This document shows positions 18,340 through 38,366 of a DNA stretch of 64,000 bases, piece after piece; within the stretch, counting starts at the first letter, position 1; each line of letters opens with the position of its first letter. The position numbers and the translations under genes are program-made. Below the pieces are notes generated by a model. That model worked only from the letters and a program-made list of their open reading frames with translations. It did no database searches and was not told the DNA's origin. Origin of the DNA: Hemiscyllium ocellatum (taxonomy: Eukaryota); NCBI RefSeq assembly GCF_020745735.1, contig NC_083433.1:6645363-6709362 (forward strand). The letters run 5' to 3'.

Positions 18340-19420
18340 AGAAATGTGAGGAAATGCATTTTGTTGGAAGAAACATGAAGAGATAAAACAATCTCAACTC
18401 TGCAGCTCTGAGGGGAATACAGATGCAGATGGACCTTGGGGTTCACGTACATGATTGTCTGAAGGTGGCCAGGCAAGAAGGAACCGTTGTGAAGAAGGCC
18501 AATAGGATTCTTGTGTTTTTAAATAGAGGCATTGAGTATAAAAGCAAGGAATTGATGTTACACCTTTACAAGTCGTTGGTCAGACCACATTTGCAGTATT
18601 GTATTCAGTTGTGGACACCATATATCAGAAAGAATATTAAAGCCCTGGCAAAAGTGCAAAAGAGATTTACAAGAAGGATACTAGGGATGAGGGATTTCAG
18701 ATACAAGCAAAGATTAAAGAAATTGGGCTTATTCTCCTCAGAGCAGAGAATATTAAGAGGTGACCTAATTGAAGTGTTCAAAATTATGACCAATTTTGAC
18801 AGTGTTCTGTTTTCACCAGTTGGTATGTCAGTATCTAGGAGTCACTCTTAGTCAGCAAGAGAGCTCAGAGTCAGATGAGGAGAAACTTAGATTAGATTAG
18901 ACTTAGATTAGACTTACAGTGTGGAAACAGGCCCTTCGGCCCAACAAGTCCACACCGACCCGCCGAAGCGAAACCCACCCATACCCCTACATTACCCCTT
19001 ACCTAACACTACGGGCAATTTAGCATGGCCAATTCACCTGACCCGCACATCTTTTGGACTGTGGGAGGAAACCGGAGCACCCGGAGGAAACCCACGCAGA
19101 CACGGGGAGACCGTGCAAACTCCACACAGTCAGTCGCCTGAGTCGGGAATTGAACCCGGGTCTTCAGGCGCTATGAGGCAGCAGTGCTAACCACTGTGCC
19201 ACCGTGCCGCCCACTTCTTTCTTAGGATTTGGGATGCGCTGTCTGGGAGAGTGGGGGAGGTGAATTCCATTGGAGGTTTCAACAGGCAGCTGGATATAGA
19301 CTTGAAAGGGATGAAGTTAGAGGGCTATGGAGATAGGGCTGGAGATTCGGACTAGCTGGGTAGCTCCTTCAGGAGCCAGTACAGACATGATGGGCTGAAT
19401 AGCCTCCTTCTGTCCTTAAA
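18340..19420 (+). mobile_element. CR1-type LINE 3' fragment interrupted by a SINE
   Basis: DLGVHVHDCLKVARQ..LYKSLVRPHLQYCIQLWTPY..KVQKRFTR..RGDLIEVFKIM; resumes after 19213 and runs to the tail gggctgaatagcctccttctg. Confidence 0.9.
18889..19212 (-). mobile_element. Full-length young HE1-like tRNA-derived SINE
   Basis: Reverse complement GGGCGGCACGGTGGCACAGTGGTTAGCACTGCTGCCTCATAGCGCC..GGTTCAATTCC; CpGs retained; (TCTAA)n tail; ACTT on both sides. Confidence 0.9.
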
Positions 19421-20094
19421 AATCCTCTGACTGTCCATCCAGGAAATTCTGTGCCTTTGAGGAAGGGGTTGGAATTCCTCTAGGTAGATACCTTGTAGAG
19501 AACATTGTTAAACATGGGAATGCTGTTGTACATCAGCACAGACACAATCCTTTACAGAAGATAGATCCAGCTGAAGTGGTAAGGAAATGTCGACTGGGGA
19601 TCTCCCTCCTGCTGTAGCCTTTACCCACCCTCGTGGATAGCAGACAAATACCTTCTGCCTGGATGGATGGCCGTTGAGGACTTGTTTTGCATTGCACTTT
19701 ATCGGGATCTTCCCCCCCGACCTTACCGTCCTGAGTGGTCCTATCAGGAGGTGGAAACCTTTTGAGGTATCGCTCTCAGACTCAACGGGACACTCGAGGC
19801 TCTCCATCACAGCGAGGTGACAATCCACAGAAAGGTCAGTCAGGAGACAGAGGCAGGGAATCGCTGGTCAGATGCAGATCAACCACAGAATCACAGAATT
19901 GTTACGGCACAGGGGGAGGCCATTCGGTCCATTGGGCCTGCATTAGCTCCGCTTGTTTCCTCATGAACCTGTCCAGAGATGTTATCAGACATCTCTGAAG
20001 CATGTCGGGCCCTGCACCTAGACCTTCTGGACCAGATGTAGGGATATTACCATTGTACCATAAGACCCCTCCCTCCCCTCCATTACACCAGTAT

Positions 20095-20480
20095 TGAAAC
20101 ATTGAATTATACAAAAAATGAGTAGGAGTGAGGCATTCAGCCCTCCCAGCCTGCTCCACTATTCCATATGATTGTGGCTGATCATCTAACTCAGTACCAT
20201 CTTCCTACACCTTCCCCATAAACTTTGATCCCTTTAGCCCTAAGAGTTATATCTAACTCCTTCTTGAAAACATTCAATATTTGGCCTCAACCACTTTCTG
20301 TTACAGAGAATGCCACAGGCTCCCCACTCCCTGGGTGAAAACCTTTCTCCTCATCTCAGTCCTAAACAGCCTATCCCGTATCACAAAACTGTGACCCCCC
20401 TGATTCTGAACTCCCCACCATTGAGAACAGCCTTCCAGTCTCTGCCCCATCTGCTCCTGTCACAATTGCCTTGTCCAAGC
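20095..20480 (-). mobile_element. CR1-type LINE 3' end
   Basis: aggagtgaggcattcagccc..tgattgtggctgatcatc..ttcttgaaaacattcaat..ccacaggctccccactccctgggtgaaaa is the reverse complement of a CR1 C-terminus and 3' UTR. Confidence 0.78.
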
Positions 20481-20799
20481 TCCAATCTCCCACCTTTCTC
20501 TCCCATTTCCAACACAAAAGGCTGAGAAACTGACTCTCTTTCTTCATTGAGCCCCTCTTGCAGTTAGTTACAACAAACTTTATTTTAAAAGAAAACTTGA
20601 AAACCATTCCTAATCCAAACCTATCTCTTTAAAAGGCCACAAACTCACCATGACCTGATTGAGATGCTGCTGAATGACCTCCTGCTGTTCCAATCACAGA
20701 ATAATCATCCAGACCTGACTCTAATCTACACCTCTGATCAGCTCTGGTTAACACACCCTCCCCCTCTCTCTCATTGGGGCCTATGTTCATGGGTAATTC

Positions 20800-20860
20800 C
20801 TGATTGGCTGTCAGGCATTGTCATTCATCATTGGTGGTACCTCTCCCTGGAGGATAAATT
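20800..20860 (+). promoter_or_regulatory. Promoter of F, shortened by a 21-bp deletion
   Basis: CTGATTGG at 20800; CCCTGG joined directly to AGGATAAATT (GATAAATT 20853-20860). Confidence 0.6.
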
Positions 20861-20927
20861 CAAATGCCTGCAGGAGTGAGGCATGGGTCTGTAGTTGTTT
20901 AGGTGATAGTGAGTAGGAATAGTGAAG

Positions 20928-23215
<2,288 letters not shown>

Positions 23216-25858
23216 GTGGGATTCTGGTTTCCCTTCAGTACTGTACATGGAAACAGTAATTTCTATTGCTGGATATGGAAATAAAATATTCACTGAACTT
23301 GTATCATTCAGTAGCTAATGCCTAGAATGTTAATCCAATATGTCTTCCATGTCCCTTTGGCAGTCTTGGTTCAGTGCTGTCTCCATGATGTTTATCATTC
23401 ACTGTGTGGGTGTCAATGGCCAAGTGAAGTCATGCTCCACACTAACTAGAGTCAAGCACATTGCTGTGGTCTGGGTGTAGACTGATTCAGGTAAGGACAC
23501 TGTCAGAGTAGGCAATTCAGTCCGGTACAATCCTGGATGCTTACTACCCCTGTAAATTGTGACAAGTCTTTTAGTAAACCCTTCAACCCATTATTAAATA
23601 TCCAACTAATCCTTGTCCTAGGATCCTCTGCACTCCAGGCTAGTGAATTCTGCTGATGCATGACCCTTAAGGAGAAATGTTATTCCTAATGTGTACATCT
23701 GTTAATGTGCCTTAAACTATGACCTCAGCCTAGATCCTGCCACAGGGTAGATAGACAGACAGAGCAGATGTTTAACCAATCTCCTTTTCCACTACAATTA
23801 GATCACATCTTATTGTTCTGAACCCTAGCAAGTATGATCTTAAATAAGTGTTTGTGGAACAAGAGGTGTTTTGCATCTGCTTAGTGAACCTTTGCCAAGC
23901 TCCCTCCCAGACTTGCATTCCATGCCATGTCAGCACCAGGCAATACCTCTGATGCTGTCTCAACAAAACCCTGCAACACTTACATACTCTAATCCTTTAG
24001 TAATAGTGATGTTCTGTTTACTTTAACAGTTGAATACTAGCTTTTCTACAATTCATACACTCCCCTATAGTGAAGCTTTTTGACATCTCTCTATTTAGAC
24101 CATACGCAGTCTCCTTATTCTACTGATCAAAATAGATAACTTCCTTGTGAGTCACTGAAGGACATGAATGAGGTGAGGGTTTTCCTCAATGCTTTCGTGG
24201 TCTTTAGACTAAACTCCAGACTTTTTAACCCACTATTGGTTGTGGTGTCATTTATACCTAAGTCTCAGCATTTATAGCCTGGTGATAATGTTGTTAGCTT
24301 ATTACTGTAGTCTTCATTAAGGTCTGTAGGGAATTTCTTCTCCAATATTCAAGTAATCGAAGTGTAACTATACAAAGAATTCCAGATGCTGGTAATCTGA
24401 AGCAAAATCAATTACTGGAGAAACTCAGCAGGTCTGGCAGCATCTATGGAGCGAGGAAATTCCATAAACATTTCAAGTTGTGACCCTTCAGAACCCATCT
24501 GTTTTCTCTTTCCCCTACAAATGTAATCTCTCAATTTCTGTTGCACAGGGACTGTCACTGTCAGCTATAATATCATGAGGCAGTGAAATATCAGGAAGGG
24601 ACTGGTTACTGTATTCAGTGTCTGGGACAAAGCTGTTTCAGTCTCCCCTCTGCAAGGGCCTGGGGGACAGTGTGTAATTCAGATGTTTCTACATAAGATT
24701 GTCACAAACCTTCCTGGATTGCCAAAAGTTCTAATTCTTTTGCAGACGCTAACTGGGGAAAAGTCTCTGACCAGGTTGACATCTGAATCCTTGCTGTTTT
24801 TAACTTTACATATCAATCCCTAACCTTCATGAATCTCCAGTAAATGCAGGAATACATGTTAATTAGTCAAAATACTTAACACCCCAGGTAGCAAACCAAC
24901 GCACACTGACTGCAGACTCTCTGAAACAGATCGGAATCTCCTTCTCAATCGGCAATTTGTTTGCAACTTGGTCTCATGGATGTGCTGGTACATTTCATCA
25001 CCCAGAGAGTGGTGAGCCTGTGGGACCAGCAACCACAGAATACAGTCAAGGTCAGAATATTGACTCCAGGAGTTCGATCGAGCATTTGGGGTGAAAGGGA
25101 TCGAATGATATGGGAAGAAGCAAGAACAGGGTTTATTGGGTTTGATGGGATCCACCATGATCATATAAATGGCCTCCTCCTTTTATCTCGGTTTTGATGT
25201 CCCTGTGTCTTCCCTACAGGCCTCTCAGACTACAATATGTTTCCAGGTGACACTGTTGAAAGAATAGAGAGCTATATCACACTTCCTGATTACGTTCAGT
25301 TCGATGGCACTATAAACAGACAGAATATTATGGGGAACACTGATATAATAAGCGGACAAGACTAGTCAACAGTTCAATGTGAGGAAGAGTGCACTTTGGA
25401 CCTCGATAAATCAGACTTATTTCAATATAATGAAGAGCCAAGAACTGAAGAGGAGCAGAGAGTTAGGAGACCACGTGCAGAAACTACTAAAACAGCACAG
25501 TCAGTAACAAAACTGAATTTAAAAGGCTGACATCATTTTAGTCTTCATCTGTTGGGGAGAGGCGACTGGAATGTACAGGTTGTGTCACATTCGTATAAAG
25601 TGCAGAGTACACACATCTGGAGGATTGTATTCTGTATTCATACTATGGCCTTGGAGTGAGTATGTTTTTTAAATCAATCCATGGAATGGAGCTGTTGCTG
25701 TTGATGCCAACCAGTGCTGACCATCCCTAATTGCCCTTGGACTGAGTGACTTGACTCCATCTCAGAAGCGAGTTCTAAGTCCAGTGTTGGCCTCGTGAAA
25801 CCTTTAGGCTTCCTTCTGTTCCCAAATGCAATCACAGATCTGCCTCCCTTTCAAAGCT

Positions 25859-26006
25859 CTGATTGGCTCTGGGTATCTGACTCCACTTCATGCCTGTCAT
25901 TAGTGCCTGGATTAATGGAGATTCCTGATTGGCTGTCAAGGATTGTCAATCATCGTTGGTGATGCCGCTCCCTGGTTAGGTGCAGAATGTCCCAGGAGGA
26001 TAAATG
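25859..26006 (+). promoter_or_regulatory. Promoter of G
   Basis: CTGATTGG at 25859 and 25925, TGTCAATCA, GATAAATG 25999-26006. Confidence 0.68.
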
Positions 26007-26060
26007 CAAGAGCTTGTGGGAGAGAGGTTCAGTTCTAGAGTTGTCTAGGTGATAGTGAAG

Positions 26061-27783
<1,723 letters not shown>

Positions 27784-29779
27784 GCAGGATTCTGAAATCC
27801 CTTTTTTTATACTGCAGCTTCACCATGTACAGGACAAAACTATTGTTATTGAATGTGGAAATAAAGGTGATTCATCATGAATGAGTTTTGTGTAATTCAA
27901 TAATTGATTACATTCATATCCATGGTTCTCAGCTGCATGACATGTGAAACCTTGAGCTTGCTTTGACACATGTGGAGCAGGTGTCTCTTGTACCCTAGGC
28001 TTCCCAGGTGAGGGTGAAGGACAATACCATAGCACTATAAGAGCCTGCTTAACCAGGCTGCGGCGGTTCCTTGTCTTTCTTCGACTGAAACTGTGGAGGA
28101 GTGGCCACCAAACTAAAGTTATTAAAGATTCCAGCAACATACAAGCAGTCTCTTGGTTTATCATTGTAGGTGAATATGTGAAGCTGTCAAATATTAAACA
28201 TCCATCTCTTTCACTAATCCAGTATCATTAGGAATGAAATCTGCTGTAATTACCTGGTCTGGCCCACATGACTCCAGAGTCCCAGTCCTATGGCCCTGGA
28301 TGTACCCAGAAGTTTAAATTTGTTGAATGATTTCTTGCACTCCTACCATCCAGGGACCATATTCTGCTTGGATGAGGAAAGGCAGGAAGAATGGATTGTA
28401 GTCCTGAAAAGCTGCATGTTTTCATATTTTTAAAACCTTACCTCAAATACAATAGACCTCCTTTACAGAAGGAGAAAGGATAGATAGTAGAGATCCTGAG
28501 ATTGTCACGATCACGCTCTACGTGAAACACAACAGCAATGGGAGTCATAGGATTCAAATGGAAGTATCCCATCACTGTACTGTCCACTTCCCCAATGTGA
28601 TTGGTTGAGTTAGATACTGCAGACAATCTTGTTCGCATCAATATCCTTCAACTGCTGTGATCGATATCAGTGACCCTGACCCAAGGTGAACCAGTTCTTC
28701 AGATGGCTTTGTATTCAATACTGTGTACAGGAAGCTCTGATTCTAGACAACTGATGCTATCAGTTTGAGGAACATCAAAGCAACTAAAATCAATTCTATC
28801 ACTGATGAGATAATTAGGAAAAATGTCTGCATGTGGAATAGGAAGATACCTTTTGGATATGGTTGGGTACCTGGAAGGGAGAAGGAGGTAGTGAGAGTGG
28901 CTGTCAACTTTGATTGACAAGATTTGTCTCTCCCTCCCAGGGATCTCTGCATGGGCTTCAGTTTCACCTTGATAGATCGATCTAGATGAAGGGGAATAGA
29001 GATGCATATGCTCGTGTCCAGGTAACAAAGTAAGTGGTGTGGCTGGGAGCTGAAAGTTTGTAACAAGACATTGTTAAAATAAATGAGCAAACACGAATAG
29101 ACAGGGCTCATGTTTCATTGTGTAATTTTGTGAATAAATTTTTTGTCTGTTTTAAACCTGGTAGTCAACCTCCCTAACTTAATCCGGGTAATCTTCACTG
29201 AACCCTTACCGAAACAAATTGCAAAGTTATGGTCTGGAATACCTGCTTAAGAATGGTTTGAGTGGTCTGGCCTAGTCCATAACAAATGGATAGACACAAA
29301 AATGCCTGAATACAAAGAGCTCGATATTCGAGTCACTCTGTCTCAGCACAGAAGAGGCCCTTCCTTCCATTGGGTCTGTGCTGACCTGTCTACACTAGTC
29401 CCACTTTCCAGTACTTAGTCCATTGACTTAATATAATGTCATTTCAAGTGTTCCTCCGTGTACTTTTTAAAGGTTGTGGGGTTTCCCATCTCTCACCTCC
29501 CCCCACCCACCCCGAGGCAGTGTATTCCAGAGCTCCACCCATCCTCTGGGTGACAAATGCTTTCTTCGACCTGTCCTGCCTTTCACCTTTAAATGATGCC
29601 CCCTCAGGTTATGCATCTGACAGTTCTGTTACAGGTTTATTAAATGCCAGTGAGTGCACATCTACAATATTGTATTCAGCCCTGATCTATTCATCTCTGA
29701 GGGAATGCAGCACCGATTCACTGGGGTGACGGCAGGGTTAAAAATGAGGGCCATTTGCATTGAAGATACAATTCAATGT

Positions 29780-30075
29780 ATCTTCACAGACAGCACTTTC
29801 CAAATCCACACCCACTTCCATTTAGAAAGAGAAGGACACCAGATATATTGGAACACCACCCACAAGGCTCCCTCCAAGCCATTCACCATCTTGCCTTAGA
29901 AATATATCACCGTTCCTCAGTGTCACTGGGTCAAAGTCCTGGAATTCCCTCCCTCAGTATAAAGGGTGTCCCCACACACCACGGACTGCAACAGTTCAAA
30001 AAGGCAGCTCACCCCCAACTTCTCAAGGGACAATGAGGGATGGGCAATAAATGCTGACCCAGCCAGTGAAGCCAA
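29780..30075 (+). mobile_element. LINE 3' fragment (same family as 17070-17440)
   Basis: HFPNPHPLPFRKRRTPDILEHHPQGSLQAIHHLALEIYHRS..FKKAAHPQLLKG, followed by the tail gggatgggcaataaatgctg. Confidence 0.75.
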
Positions 30076-30288
30076 TGACAGAACTTTAAACATTTTTGTG
30101 TTTCCATGAGTACAAAAAAAGCAAATAATTATAATTAAGATTTGAAGGTGATTAATTGATTCGATCAGGTCAATGGAGAAAAATGGTTTCTTCAAGTGGG
30201 ATATTTCCAAACTTGAGGGGACTGTCAGGGGAGCAGCATATACTGAAGGTGAGAGCCCATCCATGAGGGGTGGTATTCAGAAACACTT

Positions 30289-30295
<7 letters not shown>

Positions 30296-30320
<25 letters not shown>
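30296..30320. repeat. (CA)n microsatellite
   Basis: About 12 CA units; the paralogous position near 35550-35570 has no long CA run. Confidence 0.9.
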
Positions 30321-31776
30321 CTGAAAATGTAAGCCTTGCTCTCCCAGCACCTTGGGAACCAATTGAACATTTCCGTCGGGGATTGTTGGCTGTAGTTAAG
30401 TAAATGGGTGAAGGGATAGTTAAAGCAATGTGGAAACAGGGTAAGAGTGATGTGAGGAAAAAAAAAATTTACACAGAAAGTAGTTAGGGTATGAAAAGAG
30501 CTTCCTGGAAATGTGGGAGAGGCAGGTTCAATTGAAAAGTTGAAGACATTGGGTTTTCCTCTGGGACAGTAGCGATGTGCAGGGATATGGAGAAAAGGCA
30601 AGAGATTAGCACAATGGAGCTGGTGCAGGCACCATGGGCCGAATGGCCTCCTTTGGAACTTTAATGTTTTTATACTCAGTTGTGGGACCTGGGTGTCAGT
30701 GAGCTGACCCAGCATGTATTCCCCATCCCTCTACACCCCCTTGAGAAGGTGGGGGTGAGCTGCCTTCTTGAATCGTTGCAGTCCATGTGCTGTAGGTTGA
30801 CCCACAATGCCCTTGTCCTTCTAGATAGAAGTGGTCATGGATTTGAAAGGTGCTGTCCAAAGATCTTTGGTAAATTTGCATAGGAATTCTTTGATTTTGT
30901 GATCTGGTAGAAGGTGGGTGATATGGAATTGAGATGCAAACCAGCCGAGCTGTGGTTAAACAGTGAAACAGGTTAGAGGGCTTGGATGGTTTCCTCCTGA
31001 TCCCATGGTCCCAAATTGTTAAAAAGCTGGTTAGTTTTACCTCACTCTAATTAATACCTGGATTCACAGAAGATTCCTGATTGGTAACGTGACGTGAGAA
31101 AAACATTTTTACGCAGAAAGTAGTTAGGCTATGGAACGTGCTTCCTGGAAATGTGCAGAGGCAGGTTCAATTGAAACATTCAAGAGAGCATTGAGACAGT
31201 AGCAGTGTGCAGGGATATGGAGAAAAGGCAAGAGATGAGCACAATTGGCCGAACGGTCTCCTTTGACACTGAAATTTCTTTATGTTTACTTGTGGGAATT
31301 GGATGTCAGTGGGCTAGCCCAGCATGTATGCCCGTCCTTAGTTGCCCCCGATGAGAAGATGGGGGTGACATGCCTTCTTGAACCGTTGCAGCCCATGTCC
31401 TGTAGGTTGACCCACAATGTCCTTAGGGAGGGAACTCCAGGATTTTGACCCAGTGACATTGAAGGGACAGCATATATTTCCAAGCCAGGATGGTGGGTAG
31501 CCCGGAGGGAAACCTGTGAGTGGTTTTCCCATGAATCTGTTGCCCTTGTCCTTCTAGATGGTTGTGGATTTGGATGGTGTTGTCTGAGGATTTTTGGTGA
31601 ATTTGTGTTGGAATTCTATGATTCTGCGATCTGGAAGAGGGTGGTTTATATGGAATAGAAATGGAAACTAACCAAGGTGTGGTTAAATAGTGGAACAGGT
31701 CAGAGGGCTTGAATAGCTTCCTCCTGTTCCCATGGTCCTAAATTGTTTTTAAAAACCTGCTTAGTTTTACACTGCG

Positions 31777-31929
31777 CTGATTGGCTCTGGTTTGTACATA
31801 GCCTCCCAATACCTCTCTCTAATTAGTACCTGGATTCACAGGAGATTCCTGAATGGTAATCCCCAATAGCCAATCATTATTGCTGATAACATTTCCTGTT
31901 GGAATGCAGGATTCCCATTGGTATAAATA
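31777..31929 (+). promoter_or_regulatory. Promoter of H: upstream CTGATTGG, forward GCCAATCA, canonical TATAAATA
   Basis: CTGATTGG 31777; CCAAT 31870-31874; TATAAATA 31922-31929. Confidence 0.72.
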
Positions 31930-31993
31930 CTAGGCTCATAGTAGCTAGAATTAGCTTTTTTTTTGAGTTTACCTTCTGTTAGTAATTGTGAAG

Positions 31994-33754
<1,761 letters not shown>

Positions 33755-36387
33755 GTGGGACTCTGGAATCACTTCATATTGCAGTTTTATCATGTATGGT
33801 ACTAAATTGTGAATTCACTGAATTGCAAATAAAACCTATCATGATCGATCACCTTTTTGTATAATTGTTATTAACTAGATTCATATCTATGGTTCTTAGC
33901 AGCCTGACATGTAAAACTTTTTTTAATTTGCTTTGTCCTTTTTTTTCCTAATTGCCCTGTTCAGGGTTTTTACATGCCTGAAGCACGTGGGACTTGTCCC
34001 TTCCCTGGGGGAGGATGTCCAGACAAGACAACAGCACCATCAGAGCCTGCTCAAACATTAAGTTTCTTGCCCTTCTTAGACTTAGTTTGGTCAATCGTCC
34101 TCATGTGTTAAGCTTATTGAAGTTTTCAGCAACATACAACAGTATCTCATGGGGGTTTTTTAATCACTGTAGATAAATATGTGAACCTGTCAACTATGAA
34201 GCACCCATCTTTCTTTTACTAAGACAGTATCATCAGGAATGTAATCTGCTGTCCTTACCTGGTCTGGCCTAAATACATCCAGGGCTGCACTGCTGTGACT
34301 CTGGAGTTTAAGTGCAGATTTACTCTTTTTTTTTGTCAACTTCCTGCACTCTAGTGTCTAGGGCTGATACCCTCCTGGCTGTAGAAAGGCAGAAAACATG
34401 GACTGCTGTCTGAAATGGTGCATCTGTTCATATTTTTAATATCTTACCTCAAATACAATAGACTCCTCCATTGGAGAAGGGATGGATAGTAGAGATCCTG
34501 AGATTGTCAGGATCAAGCTCCACATGAAACAACAACAATGGAAATAACATTCTTTAAATAGAAGCATCTCATCACTGTACTGTCCATCTCTACCATGTGA
34601 TTAGTTGGTTTAGATTGTGCAGTGGATCTAGTACAGATCCATATCCTTGGACAGTTGTGATCAATATCAGTAACCCTGCCCTCATCTGGATCTGACAACA
34701 GGTGAACCAGTTCAGATGTCATTGTATTCAACATTAAGTATACAGGGAGAAATATCCATTGACAAACTTGTCAAACACTGATGAATTGGGGAGTTCTGAT
34801 CTGGATGACTGATGCTATCAGATTGAGGAAAGTCAAAGCAACTAAAATCCATTTTATTGCTGATGAGATAATTAGGAAGACTGTGTGCATATTGAATAGG
34901 AAGATACCTTTTGGACATGGTTTGGAATCAGGAAGGGCAGGGATAGAGAGCATGGCTACTAACTTTGACAAAATTTGTCTCTTCCCTCCCAGCGATCTCT
35001 GCATGGGCTTCAGTTTCACATTGATAGATCGATTTAGATGAAGGGGAACAAAGAGCTGTATGTCCACGCTTCTGGGAGGCTGGGAGCTGAAAGTTTGCAA
35101 CAAGACATTGTTAAAACGAACAGACAGGACTCAACGTGAGGAAGAGTGAAGCTTTCCGCTTTGGAACGAGAAAGAGAAATCAGTTAAACTGTGACAAGTG
35201 AGGAACTGAAGAGATGGTGGGACTGATCCAGAGAAATTACAACATCTAGTGGAAAAGCCTGGAATACAATGAGCTAGATGTTTGAGTCACACAATCTCTC
35301 AACACAGAAGAGGCCCTTCGTTCCATCAGGTCTGTGCTAACCTGTCTACACTAGTCCCACTTTCCAGCAATTAGCCAGTGGACTTGAACGTAATTACACT
35401 TTGTGTTCCTTCATGTACTTTTTAAAGGTTGTGGCATTTCCCATCTCTATGCCCCTGCCTGGCAGTCCACCCACCCTCTGGGTAACAAATGTTTTCCGCA
35501 AATCCCCACTAAAGGTTAGAGCCCATTCATTAGGGGTAGTGTTCAGAAACACTTCCTCAGACACAGGCACGATACTGAAAATGTAAACCTTGCTCTCCCA
35601 ACTCCTCGGGAATCAATTGAACATTTCAGTCGGAGGTTGTTGGCTGTTGTTATGTAAATGGGTGAAGGGATAGTTAAAGCAATGTAGAAACAGAGCAAGA
35701 GTGACGTGAGAAAAACACTTTTACGCAGAAAGTAGTTAGGCTATGGAACGTGTTTCCTGGAAATGTGGGGGAGGCAGGTTCAATTGAAACATTCAAAAGA
35801 GCATTGGGACAGTAGCAGTGTGCAGGGATATGGAGAAAAGGCAAGAGATGAGCACAATTGGCCGAACAGCCTCCTTTGACACTGAAATTTCTTTATGTTT
35901 ACTTGTGGGAATTGGATGTCAGTGGGCTAGCCCAGCATGTATGCCCGTCCTTAGTTGCCCTCTTGAGGAGGAGGGGGTGAGCTGCCTTCTTGAACCGTTG
36001 CAGCCCATGTCCTGTAGGTTGACCCACAATGTCCTTAGGGAGGGAACTCCAGGATTTTGACCCAGTGACATTGAAGGGACAGCATATATTTCCAAGCCAG
36101 GATGGTGGGTAGTCCGGAGGGAAACCTGTGAGTGGTTTTCCCATGAATCTGTTGCCCTTGTCCTTCTAGATGGTTGTGGATTTGGATGGTGTTGTCTGAG
36201 GATCTTTGGTGAATTTGTGTTGGAATTCTATGATTCTGCGATCTGGAAGAGGGTGGTTTATATGGAATAGAAATGGAAACTAACCAAGGTGTGGTTAAAT
36301 AGTGGAACAGGTCAGAGGGCTTGAATAGCTTCCTCCTGTTCCCATGGTCCTAAATTGTTAAAAAAACCTGCTTAGTTTTACACTGCG

Positions 36388-36540
36388 CTGATTGGCTCTG
36401 GTTTGTACATAGCCTCCCAATACCTCTCTCTAATTAGTACCTGGATTCACAGGAGATTCCTGAATGGTAATCCCCAATAGCCAATCATTATTGCTGATAA
36501 CATTTCCTGTTGGAATGCAGGATTCCCATTGGTATAAATA
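36388..36540 (+). promoter_or_regulatory. Promoter of I, essentially identical to H
   Basis: CTGATTGG 36388; CCAAT 36481-36485; TATAAATA 36533-36540. Confidence 0.72.
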
Positions 36541-36604
36541 CTAGGCTCATAGTAGCTAGAATTAGCTTTTTTTTTGAGTTTACCTTCTGTTAGTAAGTGT
36601 GAAG

Positions 36605-38366
<1,762 letters not shown>

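Noticed and set aside
19130-19212. tRNA gene
   Set aside because: The A and B boxes belong to the head of a tRNA-derived SINE that continues into a SINE body and LINE-like tail.
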